A stretch of DNA of 63,222 nt, filler included, from Stramenopiles sp. TOSAG23-2 (lineage: Eukaryota): NCBI GenBank assembly GCA_900128395.1. It is 2 parts of 2 records of this genome, joined end to end, with 100 filler letters (N's around TTAATTAATTAA, not from the genome) between each part and the next. Parts side by side here need not be neighbours in the genome. Positions count along the whole stretch, not along the records: positions 1 to 31,641 come from LT649369.1; 1 more part is not named here. One strand, 5' to 3'. Shown piece after piece: positions 1-11,600 of the stretch. The translations under genes were made by a program, and so were the position numbers. Below the pieces are notes generated by a model. That model was not told the origin of the DNA. It worked only from the letters and a program-made list of their open reading frames with translations, and searched no databases. Position 1 is the first letter of the stretch, and each line of letters opens with the position of its first letter.

Positions 1-246
1 TAAATATTGTTATTGTTATATACATTAAAAACCACTACTATACGTGAAATGTATTGCAAATTACGACGCTTAGATTAAAAAAAAGTATTTCGCCACAGAA
101 ACGGTTCCCGGCCTTCTTTTAAAATTCTGTACGGTGGAATCTCGTTAAATGTAATTTTCTTCCCCTGGTTAAATTTTGAAGAAATTTTGACCGTGGGAAT
201 TTTTTTCGTTATTTTGCACGAAATGGCCTATGCAGTGGCGCCGAGG

Positions 247-404
247 TAATATTAGTTTTTGATTTGAATCAGATCTAATTTTTTGGAATACCATCCTTTA
301 ATAAATATTATACTACACTACCTGGTACATACACTTACACTATGATACTACTATTAATACTACTAAAAAATTAGATCTGATAGGAAATCAAAAAAAAAAT
401 ATTA
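247..404. mobile_element. MITE-like element with ~38-40 bp imperfect terminal inverted repeats and a 6-bp flanking direct repeat CCGAGG
   Basis: TAATATTAGTTTTTGATTTGAATCAGATCTAATTTTTT (247-284) is the near reverse complement of AAAAAATTAGATCTGATAGGAAATCAAAAAAAAAATATTA (365-404). CCGAGG lies at 241-246 and 405-410. Confidence 0.6.
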
Positions 405-1098
405 CCGAGGTATGTCGAGTACAACTATACTACTGCTGTATGTTTTGCACTTTTTAAAAAATAATAATAATAATGTTGCGTTTTTTTACGAGATATATTT
501 TTTCGGAAATTATTATATTAAATAATTTAATCTACATTTTATTTGTCGTTTTCGTCATTTAAATTATTATAATATAACCATTTTTATAATAATATTTCTT
601 ATAAAATTTTACTAAAATCAGTAATCCCAGGGGAGTCATTTTTGGAATTTAGGTGTGCACAGCAGTAGCTACAGCAGTTAAAAAATTGTGAATTTATGTA
701 AAGTAATACCGAAGCAAATAGTACTGTAATTTCGTACATAGTAATAGTATGTACGGCGTAGCTGCTCTCCAGGCTTCGGTGCAAAAAAGAAGTTATCGAA
801 AAGATTACTATTGTTGCGACGGAAGAAGTGTGGGGGAAAGCCAGGAAAGCCGATACAAATGCTACTACAGTACGCTACAGTATGTAAAAGCTTTGTACCA
901 TAGTAACATAAACTAAAATAAATAAATAAAAAAATAAGAAACCTCCTGGAAAGCCCGAAAGCCCGAAAGCTTGGCATAATCTACAGTACCTCACAATTAT
1001 GTTTGTGTTGAAGAAAAAAAGCAACTGTTGTAAATCTAACCTACTACATAAAAGAAAGATTAATTTCAGTCAGGTCGTAAAGGTATATTCTAGGCACG

Positions 1099-1758
1099 AT
1101 GAATTTGGGGATGTGGACCCGCGTTTTACTTTGTGTTTGTGCAGTATTTTCTACGTTTGATCGCTCCATAGCTGTGGGCAATAAACAACGTGTCTCGACC
1201 AAGATTCCTCCTGTAGTAGGAACAACGTCGCAGCACTCTTTTTCTGTGGGATCAATAAACATGTATGCTTTGGTAAATTACAAGAGTGATCCCAAAAAAA
1301 ATCAACCGTTATATATGATAAAGTCTACAGGTACAAAAAGCACAGGTATCATGAATATCTTTCGTAAACAAAAACTTAAACAAAATGTTGAAACTTGGGG
1401 AAATTATTACAAGCAAAATGTCCGCTTAATGAAGAGACAATATGATTATAAAAAAGACAACGCGCATAAAAGAGCTTGTATAAAAATGAATTTGGAGGAA
1501 GGCATGCACACGTTCCTAAAGTTTGCGAGTACTGCAGAAAAACATTACAAGACAAATATCCAAAGTACAGTAGCTACCCCCCAGTTTCTACAAGTTGGCA
1601 CTAAAATAAGCAAGAAAGGAGGGAAGAAAGGAGGGAAAAATGGAAAACTAAAGAAAAAAATGAAAAAATCAAGCGAATCAGGAAATAAGATAGACAATGG
1701 CAAGTGCGAAAGAATCTCAAAGGGAAGAAAGTTTAAGTTTTGGGGAAGTCGATCATAG
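1099..1758 (+). CDS. Hypothetical secreted, lysine-rich protein (219 aa)
   Basis: ATG-initiated ORF with an N-terminal hydrophobic signal-like segment (WTRVLLCVCAVFSTF) and a basic tail; no family recognised. Confidence 0.6.
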   Translation: MNLGMWTRVLLCVCAVFSTFDRSIAVGNKQRVSTKIPPVVGTTSQHSFSVGSINMYALVNYKSDPKKNQPLYMIKSTGTKSTGIMNIFRKQKLKQNVETWGNYYKQNVRLMKRQYDYKKDNAHKRACIKMNLEEGMHTFLKFASTAEKHYKTNIQSTVATPQFLQVGTKISKKGGKKGGKNGKLKKKMKKSSESGNKIDNGKCERISKGRKFKFWGSRS

Positions 1759-2577
1759 TTTGTAATTGTATTATATATATATAATATATGCGTTACTAAT
1801 CCTTTTTTTTTTGTTATATATATATATACGTTACTAATCCTTTTGATTTTTTTTATTATATATATATTATACGTTACTGATTCTTTTTTTTTCTTTCCAT
1901 CATTAAACTTCACAGACACACACACATGTTCTTTTGATTATTCAATCTCTATATGAATCACGTTTCTATTATTAAAAAATGTAAAATGTGTGTCCAAAAG
2001 AAGCTTCTCATGTTGTTATTGGGATCCCAAAATACGATCCAGAGGTACAAATAATAAAATATGCTTAAAATTATTATTTCTTGAAATAGATATCATGAAA
2101 TAATTTTCAATATTAAGGGTATATAAAAATAGCTACCCAGAGGTTGTTTTATATACCCATACTATATGCTACAGAATGTACACCCCACTAATAAAAAAAC
2201 ATATACTACTGTGTATAAGCTGTGATGGAGACATAAATTTGATTTTTGTATAATTTAAGGTTACCATACTGGCATATATTTGTGTCATATGATGCAAGAA
2301 ATATAGTCATATATTCAGTTACAGTACATATACTTGTATCATCATTTATGAAGATAATTGCATATATAGTCGTCTATATATATTTGTGTGGTCGGTGGAT
2401 TATTGTATGATATCAATTTGATACACACATATATATAGTCGTCGTTTGTTTGTCGTGCATAATCAATTTGTGGTGATATATATATATATATATTTGATTG
2501 AAATATTATATTACAATCCATCACCACCATATATATTATACGGAACAATTTTAGTACACATTTCCAATATCAAAAAC

Positions 2578-3906
2578 ATGGCACATTCATTCATTCATCA
2601 TTTAGAAAGGGTTCAAAAAATATATCAAGAAGATTTAAATCAATTAATTAAAGAATTAAATGATGAATATCAACAATTTGTATTACATGCAAATGTTAAG
2701 AAAGATGATAATCACAACGCCACGTCAACAAAACAAAATTTAAAGAAAGATTTCAAATATCTTAAATCAGCAATAATCAATATGTTTGAAGAGTGCATGA
2801 CGAATCATGATTTATTATTAGATAACAAATGTTTTGAAAATAATACATTAACATTTTATGAATTTTTTACTACAAAACTTTTTCTTCAAGACAATAATAA
2901 TAATGATCATGATATATCAAATAAAGAAATAACAAAATTAGTAAATAATCGTGGTGATCTGGAAAAATTTAAAACAATAAAAAATATAATAGATGCAATT
3001 AAAAACGAGCGTGATGATAGCAATAGTAATATTTCACAACGACAACAAGAAAAAAAAAATGTGTCATGTTGGCCATCCCAAGAGAAAGAATCACAACTGA
3101 ATGTAAATAGCATGTTTCAAATATACAATGGAGATAAATACTGTACCCGATTATCGATGAATAATTACATTCACGGTATTTGTGACTGTTTAAAATTTTA
3201 TTATCACATTGATAAAGGTGTTCATATTCAATTATTAATTGAAAACAATGAAGGGTATATAAAAATATCAAATTTATCTTCATCGGTATTGCAAAACAAT
3301 GCAACAATTGAACAATTAATTTTTAAAAAATTATTAAGTAATAACAGTACCATTAATAATAGTTCGAATAATGGTAATAATAATTTTTCCATTGGTGGTG
3401 GAAGTTCATTGGTTGATATATATGTCTTGGATTCAAATTTTACAGCAAAAGAAACAGTTGATATTGATCTTGCATATAAAAATCATGCTTACAAAATTCA
3501 TCAATTAAAGATACCTAATATTAATGCCAATTTGCGGATAGTTCGTGAAATAATTTACGGCATTACCTTGAAAAATGACGAGGGTGATGGTAGTGGCGGC
3601 AATAAAGATCCAGGCGATGATAGTAGTAGTGATGAAGATAGTGAAAATGATGATAATGATTTTGATTATGATGATGATCTACATCATCGAAAAAATCATG
3701 CAGAAATTATTAAATATAAATATCAAATATTTAGTAAATTAAATCAAAAAGAAACTTATCATTTCTCACATCAAGGTATAAATATTGAACAAGATCAGGA
3801 AATACATACAGGAGCAATTGAAGTTGCAATTGATGAAGGATGCCTTGAAACATATAATGGCGTTGTACAAAGTGAAGAATTAATTTTGTTAATTAATGAT
3901 GAATGA
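2578..3906 (+). CDS. Hypothetical Asn/Asp-rich protein
   Basis: Long open frame; likely start MAHSFIHH at 2578 because the upstream part of the ORF call is AT microsatellite. Poly-N and acidic low-complexity tracts. Confidence 0.7.
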   Translation: MAHSFIHHLERVQKIYQEDLNQLIKELNDEYQQFVLHANVKKDDNHNATSTKQNLKKDFKYLKSAIINMFEECMTNHDLLLDNKCFENNTLTFYEFFTTKLFLQDNNNNDHDISNKEITKLVNNRGDLEKFKTIKNIIDAIKNERDDSNSNISQRQQEKKNVSCWPSQEKESQLNVNSMFQIYNGDKYCTRLSMNNYIHGICDCLKFYYHIDKGVHIQLLIENNEGYIKISNLSSSVLQNNATIEQLIFKKLLSNNSTINNSSNNGNNNFSIGGGSSLVDIYVLDSNFTAKETVDIDLAYKNHAYKIHQLKIPNINANLRIVREIIYGITLKNDEGDGSGGNKDPGDDSSSDEDSENDDNDFDYDDDLHHRKNHAEIIKYKYQIFSKLNQKETYHFSHQGINIEQDQEIHTGAIEVAIDEGCLETYNGVVQSEELILLINDE

Positions 3907-4350
3907 GAGTAATAAATACAAGAGTTCGTAATTGTACACCCACATCACGTAAAGAATGTGCACGCGTGCATTTAATTTTATTTGAGAATAAACGTTTTAT
4001 TTTTTTCATTGGGTGGCGAGAGAAGTTGTGTGTTTATAATTAAAATGATACACAATATGATTTTATATTTCTAGCTATAATGTTTGAAAATAAATAAAGT
4101 TATTTTTTAATTATTCTGGTAATAAAATTTTTATAGAATATATGATTCGTATAATATAAGAACTCCAGAACTCCTCCTTCGTATAAAATTTTCTCTTACC
4201 TCCATATATATATATACTATGTATGATAATATATGATATATGAATATATATCATAATGATATGCATACCGATAAATAATTAAAAATCTTTTTATTATATT
4301 AAATATATTATATATATTCGTATCATTTTTAAAAAATTAAAAAATTTTAA

Positions 4351-5112
4351 TCAATAAGATCCATAACGAGGTCTAATCCGTTTTCCTTCATCAAAATTTA
4401 CTTGATGGTTTCTTATTTTACTACTATTTTTGTTTTTCTTGTTTTTACTATTTCGTTTTTTACTATTTGATTTAAATGTTTTGCAAGCTAAAAAATCTTC
4501 CAAAAGCTCTGGATCCTTTAATAATAACTTAAATCCGGCATCTTTCTTTGAGAAGTTTATGCCTAAGGTATCATCTAGAAAGTCGATATTATTAATGCCA
4601 TCTTCGCCAACAGTCTCCCCAAATGTTTTCCAAAAAGCCTCGGAATTCAATAAATGGTTATTATCATAGATACGTTGCTTGCGTCTGCCTAATTTTTTCC
4701 TTCGCCTTTGTCTCGGTTTATCATTACTCGAAGTTGGTTGTATTTGTTTATGATGGTGCATGGTTGGTGACCGCGCCAATGGTGATGCTCTTCTCCGTGT
4801 TTCTTTACTAATTTTATTTGGTGTATGGGCTCGATCATCACCGGATGCTGCATTTCGGGGTGCAATGAGCGGCCCTTCATCCTCGCTGTCACTTGATACA
4901 TTGACTGGATCATCATTAATATTACCCTCAATCAAAATATATTCCTCTTCAATATTCTTAGTTGCAATATTATTATTATTATCATCATTATTACCTACAG
5001 AAAGGATTTCATATTCTTGCAAATCAACATTATCATCAAACGTGACTTTATTGAATTCTAAATCCAATTCATCCATTTCATTTATATTTTCTACTTTTAA
5101 TATACTAGCCAT
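4351..5112 (-). CDS. Hypothetical protein with an R3H-associated-like motif
   Basis: Likely start MASILK at 5112. KKLGRRKQRIYDNNHLL resembles the GRRxQRRxEN motif of the R3H-associated N-terminal domain; no R3H domain is visible. Confidence 0.55.
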   Translation of the reverse strand: MASILKVENINEMDELDLEFNKVTFDDNVDLQEYEILSVGNNDDNNNNIATKNIEEEYILIEGNINDDPVNVSSDSEDEGPLIAPRNAASGDDRAHTPNKISKETRRRASPLARSPTMHHHKQIQPTSSNDKPRQRRRKKLGRRKQRIYDNNHLLNSEAFWKTFGETVGEDGINNIDFLDDTLGINFSKKDAGFKLLLKDPELLEDFLACKTFKSNSKKRNSKNKKNKNSSKIRNHQVNFDEGKRIRPRYGSY

Positions 5113-5665
5113 ATTATTGTTATTATTTCTTCTTCTTCTATATATTGCATATATGTTTATATATCGATGTCGTCTATAATGATATTTATTTTTATTATAT
5201 ATAATATTTTTAACACTACTAACAATGGGGAAAGTTTTGTACATGAGCAGTTATTATTCGAAAAGAAACTAAACGCGTGTGCTACAAAATCTTTTAAGTA
5301 TGAATATTTAATACAAGATGAACCCTATCAACACCAGCTTTTTTGTAATAATTTGCATTTTTTGATTTCAATTTCAAAAAAATCATCTTCATCTTCTTCG
5401 CAAATAATAAAAATGCAACGACTAACGCTTTATTACAGGTAAATACCATTATAGATATAAAGGTTATAAAATATATCAATTAGTATTTTTATACTTGTAG
5501 ACAATAATAGTATATATATATGCATTTACAAATAACAATGAATTTTAGTAAAACAAACTCTATTTCGTTTAAATATAAATATATTTCATCATTATCTTGT
5601 CTATTATTAATCAATTATATATTGTTTTTCCTAACTAAAGACGTAGATAGCTTGTAACAACACCA

Positions 5666-8600
5666 ATGTTTCCAAGCATCACACCTAAGAAAGGTAGTGA
5701 TGAAGATGTAGATAAAGAAAAAAAGGAAAAAAAAGAAAATAGCAATAGTAATAATATAAATAAAACTAATGAAGACTTTGAAAGTTTTTCCATTAGCAAA
5801 ATTAATAATAATGATAATAATGATATATCAAGACCAAATACAAGCGGGAGTATGGGTGCCATGTCAGACAATAATAACAGCAGGCCAAGCACGCGGGAAA
5901 ATAATATGCGCAGGGATGGGAATTCTAGACCAAGCACCTCTGACAATAATGGTGATAATAGTCTGGGCTTTGTTGAAGGTAACTTAAATTTTTTTCCACC
6001 TAGACCTGGTACGGCGGATTCTGGATATTTTGAGGATGATAATGAAAGTGAAAGCCACTCGAGGCCAGGGACTAGTGGTAGCATGACTTTTTCTAGGCCA
6101 GTAACACGTGAGAATGATATCACTAATTCAAGACCTGGGACACGAGAAGGTGATGACAATAACTCGAGGCCTTCAACACGTGAAGGTTTTGGCCTTGATA
6201 ACTATGACAATAGAAGTGAATATTATAATGATAGTGAAGATGGGAACAATTCTCGTCCTGGAACAAGTGGTAGTATGAATTTTTTCCCACCACGACCAGG
6301 CACGGCAGATTCCATGGATTGGAACAATGAAGTTGGCCAAAACATACGGCCAAGGACCAGCGATACATTTCGTCGCCCAGACACGGCTGATCGACTACGT
6401 AGTGATTTTAGACCCGATAGTGCAGATACATATGGTCAGTTATCTCGACCTGGTACAACAGAAGGACAATTTATTCAAGAACGGCGTCCTGGAACAAGTG
6501 AAACATTTCGTCGGCCGAATACAGCTGATATTATTCGTACTGGTGTTAGACCTGGTACTGCTGATACATTTTATACTGACGAGCAATCAAGTATAGGTGG
6601 TAGTAGTAGGCCACAAACAGCAGCAACGATTCGACCGATGGATCAGCAACAAATGCAACAAAATCAAATACCAAAAAAACATATTAGACCCGTAACTGCT
6701 GCTTTGGATGGTGGATATAATAAGAACAACAATAACGATAACAATATTCAGCAACAATCTCAATTCAACACAAATGATAGAAATAAAAAGCCAGTAGGAA
6801 TTTTAAAGAAAAAAAGGCCACAAACAGCTATGGTTAAATCTCATATTCCAATGAGCGTTGTCGCTGATGCTAAACGTAGTGTAGATAATAAAAAAATGAG
6901 GCCTAGAACGGCAAAATTTAATTTAAGTGGGAAACCACCTACTGGTAAATCTAGGCCAACATCCTCTGCAGCTGGTACGAAGCAAAACCATGCTGGCAGC
7001 CGTCCTCGTCAAAAAATTAAGAAAAGACCAATATCAGGTACAACGCCTTTGCCTAAAGAAGCGGATCCATTGAAAAATACTGGTCCAAAAATTATAATAA
7101 CAAAATCACCTAAAAAAATTGATTTTCGACCATCCAAATTGTTAAAAGATGAGGAACGGATTGGTGGTTTTGGAAAAAGGCCATATGACTTAACAGAGAG
7201 AGAGAAACGAAAAGTGAAAGAAATGGCTGCTATTGGAAAGACAGTGAAGCGGAAAGCGCAAAAATTAAGAAATACGAATAAATTACGAGTTAGTAGAGAT
7301 CCATATGCCGTTAAAGATGCAAAAGATTTTTTTGAAGAGTTATCACGCCCACAATCAGCTGCGTCGCAAATGACATCGCGATCACGACCAAGATCACCAT
7401 CACCAATAGTGCCTCATCCACGTGGTGGAAAAGTTCTGCCAAGGCCAGCAACGGCATCTATAATGGCTCAAATCAGAAAAGAAGCCGAGGATGACGAAGA
7501 CAACAATCCGTGGGAAGTAAATTTATCCAGTTCCGTCCCAATACCACGAACAGCTGCAAGAGCAACTTCTCCGCCAACAGATGCGCAACGCCGTCCATGG
7601 GTACCAGAGAAAAAAAGCATGCCAGAAGGTTGGAAACCGAAGAATCCAAGACCTTGGTCCACCGATGAGACATTAACACGTAACGGTGTAAACCGTGGTT
7701 CGATTCTCCTTGCTGATGGTCGGCCGCATACCGTTGGAAGTTTACCACGACCTACCAAAATCTTGTCTTATAATGAAGCATATGATGTATCCCAATCTCA
7801 TTCAGAAGCTAGAAAAATTATAAAAATGCAACACAAATTGGTGGATGAAGATCAACATCGTATGTATGAAGATTGGGTACTTGATAAAGCTGATTTAGCA
7901 TTAACAAAACGCAACGTGAAATCATGGGGAACAAAAGGGCCAGGTGTAACAGAAAATCCTGTTGTGCGTGCTATCAAAAAAACGGATTTGAGGGAAAAAA
8001 AGAAAAAAAAGAAAGGCACCCATATGCGTTCTCCACAACGAGAAAAAAGACCTCATACTGTGACTGGGGCTACTGGATTAAAAGGAGAAAGGAGAAAAAT
8101 GGTATATAAATACAAAGACGAGCAAACGTACCATGCAGCGCTGTTAGATTCCTATAGAACTGGCGAGTTGGAAATTCTATGGAAAGGCTTGCAACAAATA
8201 CCTAGAAGAATAGCATTTAATACACTTTTGTTGTCGATGCACCATTTGCACACTGTGCGCTTATCTGGGAACAAACTTACGACGATTCCATCTTGGTACT
8301 TTACTACGCTACATTGTACTACCGAATTAAACATTGGAAACAATCGTTTGAAAAAATTACCAGAAGCATTAGGCTTAATGCATCAATTGGTTAAATTTGC
8401 ATGTCCACAAAATCGAATAACTTACATGCCAGAATCATTTACAAAGCTTACCAATTTAACACAATTGAAAGCTGCAGGAAATGGATTGTCGATGTTACCA
8501 AAACGGATTGGGCATTTATATAAATTACGCATCGTCCGTCTGGAAGATAATAATTTAAGAACATTGCCTGGAGATTTTCAAAAGTTAGTAAAATTACAAG

Positions 8601-11600
8601 AACTTTCGTTAAATAGAAATAGGATGGGTTCTCTTGCATTGATAACGCCATTAGATCCTCCAAAGAAGCGGACAGACAATGACGAGGACTGGGTGCAACA
8701 AAAAGTTGGTGATTTTGGTTTGTTATGGTTCAATAAAATTACAGGAGAATGTCGCAGATACAAGCCACCGGCTAGAAAAATAGAAACTAAACTTGATGAG
8801 GATTTAAAAATTGATTTATCAAAATTGAAAAAGCCCGGGCAACATGAAACGTTGGAGTCTGCTTTTGATGGATTATCTAATTTACAGAAACGGGGGAAAT
8901 TAGGGGAAGAAGGCAGAGGAGTTTATGACATACGATTTGATCCGATTGAAGGTTTCCCTTTTTTTGTTAATAATTTGACAAACGAGAAGATAATGGAAAT
9001 GCCATATGAAATAGATAATTTTGGCCGCATTGGAAACATTAAACGTTTGAATTTGTCATTTAATATTTTACATGACATACCAAAAAGTATTGGCAAACTT
9101 CATTACTTAATAGAGCTTATACTCGATCACAATAAATTGACGGTACTTCCAATTGAAATCCAAGGTTTATTTCGTTTGAAAACATTGTCCGTGGTAGACA
9201 ATCGTTTAAAAGAAATTCCATGCCAAATACGAAACATGACGAGTTTAGAGCGCTTAGCTATTAACTATAATAAATTGAAAGAGATTCCACCAGATATTGC
9301 AGAGTTGCCTAAATTGACACGATTATGGATTTCCAACAATTACATAACTGTCATTCCTGCACAATACTACAAGTTGACACTGCTCACACAGCTATATGCA
9401 GGGGACAATCCATGGGAGACACCACCGAAGAAGACGGTTCAAAAGGGCATTGTGCCAATTTTACGTGATTGTAAAGAACGTTGGGAAAGATATCGACGAG
9501 GTGGAAGACCACCTGAAGTCACTACTATGAGTGTTGGGATTTTAAGTGAGGTAGTAGTGCCCGAACCTCGTTATCAAGCTAAACTAGAATCTGCGCATAA
9601 ATCTGCAGCAAGGACGAACCAATTACGTCTCCAATGGCTCCAATTAAAAGAAATTCCTCCTCAATTCTATGAATTAACATCTTTAACAGATTTAGGTGTC
9701 ATGTGTAATTTATTGACCACAATTCCTATTACGCTATGTAAAAAATTAACAGCATTGACGACATTGAATATGTACAACAATAACTTAACGGCAATCCCTG
9801 ATGGCATATCTGCTTTGAAAAATTTAAAAAGTTTAAACCTGGAGAGAAATAAAATTGAGAAAATTTCAGGTCGAATTTCATTTTTAAATCAATTGGAATA
9901 TTTGCGCTTAACGGCAAATCGTATTAAAACGTTGCCGGAAAAATTTCATCGGTTGAAAAATATTAAAGAGTTACATTTGGATGTCAATAATTTGCATAAG
10001 TTACCAGATGCAATAGTTGAATTGCCAAAGTTGCGTGTTTTATTATTAATGAAAAATAAATTAAGAAAATTTCCCCCAAACATAATCCAACTGAAACGTT
10101 TAGAAATTTTAAATTTAAATCAAAATTTTCTTTCACGAATGCCTAAAAGTATACACGAGTTACCGCGTTTAAAGGAACTATGTTTAAGTCACAATCGCAT
10201 AGGGAAACTTGCTGAATCGTTTGGATTAGGGGCATTACAATCAACTTTAGCAAAATTATGGTTGTACGGTAATAATGTCGTGGAATTGCCTTACTCCTTT
10301 CGTTTTTTAACAACATTAGACGATCTAAGATTAGAACATAATCCAATGCGTTCACCACCGCCAGCATTAGCGTTAGAAGGTCCAGCACGAATTCGCATTT
10401 ACTTAGAAGATAGAATAACACGAAATACGGCACTGAAAGAACAATTAAATGAAAAATTGTTACGTTTTAATACACGAAATCTTAGTCCACAATCAAGCGA
10501 AGTATTAATTCGTAGTAAATATTTAGCCGCAGATACGACTGTTGGGTATCTTAATGACGATGATTTGTTATACGTCGATAAAATGGTAGATAATTATATT
10601 AATGCAGATTACTACAACTACGAATTGACATTGCAAGAAATAGTTGCGTGGATTGAAGAAACAAAAGAACACAGGAGAATTGAATTCCAGAAAGAATTAT
10701 TGAATAGATTCTTAGTGTGGATCGAATGGGCTGAAATGGAAGAAAATGAACAGCCAACTTTATTAACTGATGACATCTATCGCTTTGACATGGTTCGTAA
10801 ATGGGGGGAGGAGGTACAAGGGCAGCGCAATGCCGAGCCTGTATTTGCTATTGTAACACCAGCAATTTTCAGGAAGGAAAAATGGGTTCCAGCAGACGAT
10901 GGAATTGAAGAAAAACAAGACAATGAAGTGGGGGATGAAGACGATATATACAAGTCTATTGTAGATCGTGGAAACGATCGTATAAAAAGAAGAAATGCGC
11001 ATGAAGAACATCAGCAAATGATTAAACGAGACTACACATTTGAATATGTTTTGACATTTGATTATTCCGAACGTCAATTATTGGAAGCGGCAAAAATGTT
11101 CCTTGGACCATATGGGCCGGTTGCACAAGTGGAAAGTGGAGTTAAATTTCAACTTGATGCGGCAGGTAAAGCACGTGCAAAAATTCGTGCGCAAGAACGT
11201 TTAGAAAAAATGCGAGAGAAAGAAAGGAAACGACGCCATAAAATAAAGATGGAGAGGGAGAAAAAATTGTTAGAGAAGAAAAATGCAAAAGCGGAGAAAA
11301 AAGAGAAAAAGAGGCTTGCAAAAGAAGCGAAGAAGAAGAAGAAAGGTAATAAAGGTGATGAGAACAAAGAGTCTGATGGTGAAGATGTGACAAGTGGAGG
11401 AGAAGATGTTACTAGTGGTGGGGAAGATGCAACTAGCGGTGATGAAGAGAAACAAAAAGAAACAGATGGAGATGCAACCGAGGGAGAGGAGGAGGAAGAA
11501 GAAGAAGAGGAGGAGGATATATTATTAAAAAAGAATGACGCATTGGTTCTATTGAAAACTATATACACGCAAGAGGAAGTAAATCGAAAATATCAAGAGG

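Noticed and set aside
1770..1895. Three CGTTACT(A/G)AT(C/T)CTTTT units after the first gene
   Set aside because: Short degenerate minisatellite embedded in TA repeats; spacers are low-complexity, so it is not an array of interest.
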